A stretch of 64,000 nt of DNA from NCBI RefSeq assembly GCF_009914755.1, contig NC_060927.1, one strand, 5' to 3'. How positions within the stretch are numbered: position 1 is the stretch's first letter; each line of letters begins with the position of its first letter. The position numbers and the translations under genes were made by a program. Shown here piece after piece: positions 54,850 through 64,000 of this stretch. This DNA is from the human T2T-CHM13v2.0 reference genome, Homo sapiens. The notes beneath the pieces were generated by a model. The model made no database searches and was not told where the DNA came from. It saw only the letters and a list, made by a program, of their open reading frames with translations.

Positions 54850-55172
54850 AAATAATTATAGAACAACATGCATTTGTGAGGAATAATACAAAGAGATTCT
54901 GTATACACTTTGCCCAGCTTCCCCCAATGACAATATTTTGTTAAACTATAGTGTAATATCATGACAATAATATTGACATTGTACAGTCCGTCCAACTTAC
55001 TCAGGTTACCCCAGTTTGGCTTGGACTCATTTGTGTGTGTATGTGCACATGTACATGTATAAATTCTATAGATTTTTATTAATGTGTAGGTTTATGTATC
55101 TACCATCACAGTCAAGACACTGAGAAGTTCCATCACCACAGGAATTCCCTATGCTACCGTTTGACAACCATG
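54850..55172 (-). mobile_element. L1MC-type 3'UTR fragment
   Basis: GAATAATACAAAGAGATTC...CCCAGCTTCCCCCAATG...AAACTATAGTGTAATATCA...TATTGACATTG. Confidence 0.7.
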
Positions 55173-55799
55173 AGAAAGCATTTTTAATATATCTATTTTT
55201 ACATTTGGGAAGGGTCAAAAGTCCTTTCATTAGCCCAGCTCCTGTCCAGATAATTTAAATTAATGATGTCTGTGTTCTTGTATGGATGGCATCACTGCTT
55301 GAAATATAGATCTCCAGGGTGCTCCTGCTCTCACTCTTTCTGAGCCATGATCTATTGCATGTCTGTACATCATCAAAGCAAATTGCTTCTTCAATGATGT
55401 GTAAGTATAATACATCATCACAATGGGACATGGTGATAATGCATTACCCAGAAAAAGATGACTGTCATATTTGACAGACAAGGTCAAGGAGCAAATTCAG
55501 GCAGCCCCAGCACATTTCATCAGCAGCATTCTTGGTATAGAAGAAAGTTTGTTTGCTTAGAATGATCCACTTGAAATGTGGACAAGGCTAAATACATACG
55601 TATGCCCTGGGTTGATTCCTTTGGTAAATTAAAAACGAGGTGGTTGAGCTTCCATTAAAATGACATCTGGATGACATGTGAATAGTTTTTCTGTCCACAG
55701 GGTGTTTTGAATCATGTGTGTTTCTTACTCATTCAGCATCAAATTGTTTTCCAGAGAAAGCTCTTCAACAAGATTGCAAAGTCCTTCAGGGTAGTAACT

Positions 55800-55890
55800 G
55801 TCTTATACATCCTTTGTTTCTTTCACAGTGTCTAAAGCATTGCTGAGCACATGGAAGACACTCAATAAATACTCGTTTAATGGAATTGAA
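55800..55890 (+). mobile_element. L2 3' terminus fragment
   Basis: CAGTGTCTAAAGCA...GCACATGG...CTCAATAAATACTCGTTTAATGG. Confidence 0.55.
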
Positions 55891-58184
55891 TTTGTAAGCA
55901 CCAGAGACTCATGCTTCCTTTTCACATAGCTTGACACTTGGCTGCCCAGGATCCTTGCATGCAAGGTGGTAAGGTTACTGTGGGAAAATTCTGTTGGCTT
56001 ACTATCCCATTTGCTGTCTGCTCTTTCTTTGTTTCTTCCTCCTTTTTTTTTTTTTTTTTTTTTTTTTTTTGTAGAGTCTTTCAGCCAGGAGCTATTTTTA
56101 TAAAGAATTTCATTTTTTGCTCATGAGGATTAAACTTTTAAGTTTGGCTTCAGGGTGTGAGAGAAGTACAACTTATGAAGGTTGCTCTGCACTGCAAAAA
56201 GGATAGGATTTGAGGAAGGGCTGTTTCTGACATTGGCACAGCAGTATTCCGTTCTCCCCCATCCCCCAGTTGCTGCCAAATTGGCCTTTCTTTAAAGCAT
56301 ACAGTATTTATTTCTCTAGTCCTTGGATCATAGCAATTTTATTTCAATGTCACCAGTGAAGGAGAGAAAGGCAATATTTTGTCCAAGAGTGGGATTTGAA
56401 AATGAGTCCTCTGAGGATATGTTAGAGCAACCTAAGTATTAGATGCTGGAAAAATGGATCATTTCTTGATATTTCGGTAGGACACATCTCCATTTCAAAT
56501 ATATGCATGCTACAATGCAGTGAATACATAGTGCATTTTAGTCAGCTCTAAAAGTAACCAAGCCAAATTTTATACAATTGATACAGACAATGGGTGTTCA
56601 AGTGGGAATACATGTTACTGGCTCTCTGCCGGCATGATGAAATAGAGGAGGCAAATAGATACAGCTCACGTGCCAATTCTGGTTGCTCAGTCACAGTTAT
56701 ATCAATATCATGTTGATAAAAGTTATAAATCAGGGATCAATTTGCAACATCTACCAGGGGCCCAAGTAGAAACATGTGGTATGCATGACAGTTATGAATC
56801 AACCCTGGTGGAGGAAAAAGATGGAGAGTCATGGACCATACGCCTAACAAAGTAATTGTACCTGGTCCAATTTTGGACCATGAGTAAACCATTTAATAAA
56901 AATATATCATAGAATTGTTTTGAGATTACATTTTAAGTTGCATAAGCTATAATGTTTGTTATGATTATGCTAATTGTATATATCATTAGAGAAAATAATC
57001 ACTAAATATTTTGAAACAAAAGAAACAATGAATTTAAGTAATAAATATAATCCCACTCAGCCAGAGACGACAAGTTATTGATACTCTTGTAGATACATTT
57101 ATTATATAAAAACAAATATATTATGTGATTTATATTTTATCTTACATATTATTTTAATATCGATATTTTTCTCTCATAATACACCTTTAATATATTTCAA
57201 TTTCAAAAGATAATTTCTGAAAAACTGTTTTTATATTTGCATGGTAGTTAATTATATGGCTATACATAATTTTTTTAAACAAACACCTATATTTTTACAT
57301 TGAAGAAGGATCTAAATTTTGTATATGAATCATACTCATATTAAATATTTTTGCAATAAAAATGTTTCTACTTCTTTAGTAAAATACCAAAGGCTGATAT
57401 ATTGGATCAAATGTTCTACAGATTTAATGGGATTTATTCAGTACTTAAAAGGAATTGTATTAAATTAAACTGCACAAAGTCTGTGCCAAATTATGCACCT
57501 GCAAACAAATGTATCTGATTAGAAGGCAGTGCAGTAAGTTCTTTTAAAAGGCTTGTTTTTTAAAAAATGAATTAGCTCCAAAACTATTTATATATTAAGG
57601 AACAATTTGAGCATGACACAAATTTCTTGTTTGCCTATGTGTTACCTCATCTTTGAGAAACACTAGGCGGATGCACAAAATGGCACCTGGCAGAACAAAG
57701 CCATGTAGCAATACATAAAATGTAAGCATAAACAAACCTCAAACATCCAACAGCTACTTCAGCTCAGCACAGGTGTGATGAGACCACCCATCTATATCTG
57801 GTGTTACAGCTTTCTGTCTGATTTCAGATAATTCTTATTTCACCACTTTGCAATTCCTCCCAAGCTGAAACCCTTTCAATACTCACTTCCACAAGCAAAC
57901 CTTAGTTTTTCTTCAAAAAGGAAGTGTCATATTTCTTTTATGAAACTATATATTTCTTTACCACTTAATATGGATAAAAGTATGCTACTATTTTTATTAG
58001 GTTCCTATGATTTTCTTCTGTGTATGTCACTGAAAAAGTTTTTGACTATTGTTTCCCAACACCAGTCTCCCCATAAGCCATGTAATTTTTTTTTCATAAA
58101 TTTGCATAGCAAGGTGAATTTTAGGAATACATCATATAACGGAGCTGATTCTTTATGTGTGTATACTTTCTGAAAGATTCCCTA

Positions 58185-58999
58185 TGTGAGATAAGAAAAA
58201 TAAAAAGCGTTTTCCTTGCTCTCATATTCAATTCAAATTTATGAACCAGATGTATTGGTTCCCCGTGACACACAACAAGCAGCTAATTCTCTAACAGATA
58301 CCAACTGGGTATACTATAACTTAGCTCAATTTTGACACTATCTACCTAGAATTATTATCAGATGCTACAGGTTAAGCACTCAGTCTCATAGGACTAACCT
58401 CAATTTAAAATGCCAATTGCAAGCCTGGGGTTTTGACCTGTGCTTCTGAGTGATTGGCTATAAATCTGAGTTCCCATCACTCCTTCCTCAGATTCAGCTA
58501 ATTTGCTAGAGAAGCTCAAGGAACTTAGGGAAACACTTTACTTAGTTTACCCATTCACTATAAAATACATTACAAAGAATATAGATGAACAAGACAGATG
58601 AACAGGTGCATTTTTAAAAGAGCCAGGGCAACGTATGAAAGCTATTTACCCACCCTCCCAGGCACCTCCAGGGAACCCCGACTTTTGGATTTTTTATAGA
58701 GGCAACATTACATAGACGCCATTGATTATATCATTTGTCCTTGGTGATCAACTCAAACATCACTCCCTCTCTCTTCCCTGGAGGGTTGGGGTGGGGCTGA
58801 CAACTCCAACTCTAATTATGCCTTGGTCCTTCTGGTGACCAGCCCAGTCCTGAAGCTATCTAAGGGTCCCAAGCCACCAATCATCTCATTAATATGCAAA
58901 GACACATCACTCTAGAAATTCCAAGGGTTTTCAGAGCTGTGTGACAGGAACCAGGGTCAGAGAGCAAATGGATAGTTCTTATTATATCATAATATCACA
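58185..58999 (-). mobile_element. MER21-like LTR
   Basis: ATTTTGACACTATCTACCT, CTGAAGCTATCTAAGG; ends TTATTATATCATAATATCACA (reverse complement of the MER21 start). Confidence 0.78.
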
Positions 59000-59188
59000 C
59001 TCCAATAAGTCAACACTTGCCTCATTCAAGACTGATTCTAATAAAGAATGATAACTATTATTTTTCACTACTTAAAGAGTCAGACCTATGTGGAAGTTGC
59101 ACTAAATCCAGTTACAATTTATTCCACCACGAAGCTTGGAAGCTCTATGACCCTTAATACAATGTTAATGTGAAAGTTTTATATTGTC

Positions 59189-59834
59189 TGCAAACCAAAA
59201 ACTATCTGAGACTGGTCTCAATTAATTTAGACATTTATTTTGCCAAAGTTAAGGACAGTGCTTGGGAGACAAGACTGTGTCTTTCTCCAAAGATGATTTT
59301 GAGGGCTTCAATATTTAAAGGGGAAAGGGCAAATGCTGGAGAGAGAGAAAGACATTTTTAAAAGCTGTGGGTAGTTAAGAGGCAAGCAGTTGCATTCTTC
59401 TGAGTCTTTGATCAGCCATTCACATGTGACAGTAGGGTAGAAAAATCGTCACTTATGCATTCATCTAGCTCAGTGAATCTACATTTTTTACATAAAATAA
59501 AATAAACTTAAGGCTGAAGAAGCAATCAGATAAGCATTTACCTCAGATGAGCGAAGTGAAGACTTTGAGTTCTGTCTTTTGTCCTGTATTTGTGAAGACA
59601 AGCTATCAATGTACATGGTCAGGGTAAAATTCAACATAACTGTCTCAGGATAAAGATCTTGGGGCCCACAAGGAATTTGCTCTTGGGAAAATTATGAGGG
59701 AGCTATGTAGCTTTTTCATGTTTTTAGCCATCTTAGAAACAAAATGGGAGGCAGGTTGCATGACGCAGTTCCCAGTTTAAATTTTCCTTTTGACTGAGGG
59801 AGTTTGGAATCCTGAGATTTATTTTCCTTTCACA
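59189..59834 (-). mobile_element. MER4-family ERV1 solo LTR
   Basis: TGCAAACCAAAA...ATCTGAGACTGGTCTCAAT...GATTTATTTTCCTTTCACA; imperfect 4-bp TSD TGTC/TATC. Confidence 0.82.
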
Positions 59835-60234
59835 TATCTTGCTCAATTTATTCATGAACTGTGATTTTATTCAAAATTATTTTATTTTCAAATTCATTGC
59901 ATTCAAATAATCATAAAATGTGTACCTGCATTAAATGAGGCAGTGTTGTTCTTTTTCTTCCTTCATTTACAAAAGCTTTTTTCCACTTTTTTCATTGAAT
60001 AAAAAAGAAACTTAGTTATGGCTAGGATAAATAATGTAATATGTGACTATTTTGCCAGTTATGTTTCTTCTACTGTGAATAGCCTATGCCATAAATAACC
60101 CATTTTTCAAATGAGCAGGCATTTCTTCTATTATTAGTTTGCATGAGCTCTTTAAATATATCTTATGTAGCAATTTTCAGTTGGTTAGATACATGAGTTT
60201 ATCCCTAGCTTTTCTAATAGCACTATTTCCAATG

Positions 60235-60235
<1 letters not shown>

Positions 60236-60273
<38 letters not shown>
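60236..60273. repeat. (CA)n microsatellite
   Basis: Read directly from the sequence. Confidence 0.95.
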
Positions 60274-60277
<4 letters not shown>

Positions 60278-60289
60278 GCACTCACTTAT

Positions 60290-61070
<781 letters not shown>

Positions 61071-61350
61071 TTACTCAGTAATGCGATGGCTGGGTCAAAT
61101 GGTATTATTTCTAGTTCTAGATCCCTGAGGAATCGCCACACTGACTTCCACAATGGTTGAACTAGCTTACCATCCCACCAACAGTGTAAAAGTGTTCCTA
61201 TTGTTGTTTCCTGACCTACCGTCTGGCACTCCCCAGTGAGATGAACTCGGTACCTCAGTTGGAAATGCAGAAATCACCTGTCTTCTGTGTCACTCACACT
61301 GGGAGCTGTAGACCAGAGCTCTTCCTCTTCGGCCATCTTGGCTCCTCCTC
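61071..61350 (-). mobile_element. Young L1PA chimera: first ~135 nt of the 5'UTR (61216-61350) joined to a 3' ORF2 segment (61071-61215)
   Basis: Minus strand reads GAGGAGGAGCCAAGATGGCCG... then GTCAGGAAACAACA...GATCTAGAAC...CATTACTG, matching 579-739 of the L1 in this window. Confidence 0.85.
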
Positions 61351-61997
61351 AATATTAGAATTTTCTATCCTTTTTTGTGACTCATTTTTCTCTCTGTGTT
61401 AACTACATTCTCTTCAACTACAAGCAATTTCCTCCACGTGGCTGAAAAAGGTGACTGCAGTCAGGTCTATATCGTAGTGGTCATTTATTCCAAAAACACT
61501 TATGGTTTGTAAGGTCAAGTTAGTGACTTGATTGTATATGAAGTAGAGTCAACCCCACACAAATTACATGAAATGAGAGCGAGGGGATTTTTCCAAAGAT
61601 GAGAACAATGGACATGCTTCATGTCTATTTGTGTCTTCAGTCAGTCAGTTTTCAGCATGTAATGTACATTCCCTTCAGAGAAAACAAATGAACTAACATT
61701 TTAAAGACTGGACTATGGAGAAAATAAAAGCTAATACCCAACCTATTTGTTTTTACATTTGGATTTCTCCCCATTCATATGTTGAATAGGAAATTTCACG
61801 TTTCTTAAATAGATTTTTAAAAAGTATTTAAAATACGATTTCCTCAAATCTTTGCACGTATTTTTTCTGGTTCATTTTGTTTTACATGCTAGAGAAAAAT
61901 AAATACCAGCTACAAATATGAAGCAGAAATTGTCTATTGAGCATTGGTATCAAATTTTCTACTGAGAACACTGAAAGCATTATCTCATTTAAATATA

Positions 61998-63407
61998 TAT
62001 ATTAGAGTCTTAGGATGGTCATAACAAAGTACCATAGACCGAGTGGCTTAAAACAACAGAAATGCTGTTGGATCACTGTTCTGGAAGCCTGAAGTCCAAG
62101 TTCGAGTTGCTGACAGGGCAATGGTCCCTCTGGTGTATATAGAGGAACCCTTCCTTGCCTCGAGTTGCTGACCGGGCAATGGTCCCTCTGGTGTATATAG
62201 AGGAACCCTTCCTTGACTCGAGTTGCTGACAGGGCAATGGTCCCTCTGGTGTATATAGAGGAACCCTTCCTTGACTCGAGTTGCTGACAGGGCAATGGTC
62301 CCTCTGGTGTATATAGAGGAACCCTTCCTTGCCTCGAGTTGCTGACAGGGCAATGGTCCCTCTGGTGTATATAGAGGAATCCTTCCTTGCCTCGAGTTGC
62401 TGACAGGGCAATGGTCCCTCTGGTGTATATAGAGGAACCCTTCCTTGCCTCGAGTTGCTGACAGGGCAATGGTCCCTCTGGTGTATATAGAGGAACCCTT
62501 CCTTGCCTCGAGTTGCTGACAGGGCAATGGTCCCTCTGGTGTATATAGAGGAACCCTTCCTTGCCTCGAGTTGCTGACAGGGCAATGGTCCCTCTGGTGT
62601 ATATAGAGGAACCCTTCCTTGCCTCGAGTTGCTGACAGGGCAATGGTCCCTCTGGTGTATATAGAGGAACCCTTCCTTGACTCGAGTTGCTGACAGGGCA
62701 ATGGTCCCTCTGGTGTATATAGAGGAACCCTTCCTTGACTCGAGTTGCTGACAGGGCAATGGTCCCTCTGGTGTATATAGAGGAATCCTTCCTTGCCTCG
62801 AGTTGCTGACAGGGCAATGGTCCCTCTGGTGTATATAGAGGAACCCTTCCTTGCCTCGAGTTGCTGACAGGGCAATGGTCCCTCTGGTGTATATAGAGGA
62901 ACCCTTCCTTGACTCGAGTTGCTGACAGGGCAATGGTCCCTCTGGTGTATATAGAGGAACCCTTCCTTGACTCGAGTTGCTGACAGGGCAATGGTCCCTC
63001 TGGTGTATATAGAGGAACCCTTCCTTGCCTCGAGTTGCTGACAGGGCAATGGTCCCTCTGGTGTATATAGAGGAACCCTTCCTTGCCTCTTCACAGCTTT
63101 TGGCAGTTTTCTGCACACCTTTGCTGTCCCTTGAAGCTGCAAAATCCAGCCTCTTCGTTGCCACATTGTTCCTTCCTTGTGTGTATATTGGTCTTCTCAT
63201 GGCCACTTCTTACAAAGACACCAGTCGCATTGGATTAGGAACCCTCCTTACTCTGGTATGACCTCATATTAACCACTTACATCCACAACAACCTTTTCTA
63301 CAAATAAGGTCACACTTTGTAATACTGAAGGTTAGGAAACACTGGGTGTTTGGACTTCAGTATATCTTTTTGTTGTTGTTGGGGGGATACAATTCAACTG
63401 ATAATAC
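61998..63407 (-). mobile_element. MLT1 (B/C-like) LTR containing an expanded VNTR
   Basis: CATAACAAAGTACCATAGAC...GGAAGCCTGAAGTCCAAG before the array; CAAAGACACCAGTCGCATTGGATTAGG...ATACAATTCAAC after it. Confidence 0.82.
62103..63088. repeat. VNTR, 17 copies of a 58-bp unit
   Basis: Unit CGAGTTGCTGACAGGGCAATGGTCCCTCTGGTGTATATAGAGGAACCCTTCCTTG(C/A)CT, period 58, only three variable positions. Confidence 0.97.
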
Positions 63408-63419
63408 TGTGGGGCTAAT

Positions 63420-63515
63420 ATAACTCACATTTTACAGATGAAGAAATTTGTGCATATTGAGTCATTTACATAGTATCACAAGTAACAGAGCCAGGATTTA
63501 AACAGATTCCATCTA
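63420..63515 (-). mobile_element. MIR fragment
   Basis: CATTTTACAGATGAAGAAA...CAGAGCCAGGATTTAAAC core. Confidence 0.65.
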
Positions 63516-64000
63516 CCACTGAAAAACCACACACAGACCAGTTATTCACCTCACTACTTCCTGCAGCCGATAACTGTTTTCCATTGCCTGAATAGGGTAT
63601 AACTGCCAAAAATAAGAACAAGAAAAATGTATGAAACAAGAGGACTTTCATAGCAAAAGAGACAGCCACTGTATAGAACCCAGCACACTGCATTTTTCAG
63701 AACAAAATAATAGATATTTTAAAATGAATTTGTTAGCCAAATAGAAAGTAAAGTCTGGGGCAAATATCTCTACCACATAGATAATCCACTGATGACTTAC
63801 AGTTCAGTTGGACATATAAAATATGATAGAACTTTTCAATAATTATCCTTAAACTCTAGAAGAACTTTGAGGAGTCCTTGTTCATATTGCTTTTCTGAAT
63901 ATAATTAATAAGATTATTAAGATCAGTCTGCAGCAGTTTCCTTGTAGATGGAAAAGTTAATTCTCAGTTCAGGGTATAAACGAGAAAGAACATAATTACT

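Noticed and set aside
62002-63206. Three overlapping 329-377 aa minus-strand ORFs
   Set aside because: Artefact of a stop-free 58-bp VNTR cycling through all three frames; the flanks are MLT1 LTR.

Overview
Primate (human-like) genomic DNA, AT-rich and dominated by transposable elements. No intact cellular protein-coding gene, RNA gene or CRISPR array is supported. 1-20 kb is a pile of nested LINE-1s (L1PA2-like 3' end, a full-length L1PA7/8-like copy, an L1MA1/2-like copy with a large internal deletion) plus THE1 LTR elements. 20-32 kb and 48-64 kb are unique sequence with old repeats, a chimeric L1-L1-AluY insert and a 17 x 58-bp VNTR inside an MLT1 LTR. The main finding is a 15.1-kb composite HERV-E-type (tRNA-Glu PBS) element at 32718-47821. 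It is flanked by a 4-bp TSD (CCAC) and splits an MST LTR that keeps its own 5-bp TSD (TGATT). It has three LTRs: the two outer ones share a 114-bp U3 deletion, while the internal one is full length and has a mutated poly(A) signal. Between the internal LTR and a second env-tail/PPT/3' LTR lie about 7.6 kb of cellular DNA (L1, Alus, an exon-like segment and a ~3.8-kb ~50-bp satellite). This is the architecture predicted for retroviral read-through transduction of host DNA, although DNA-level ectopic repair cannot be excluded from this window. Subfamily names come from remembered consensus motifs, not database searches; boundaries of old repeats are approximate.
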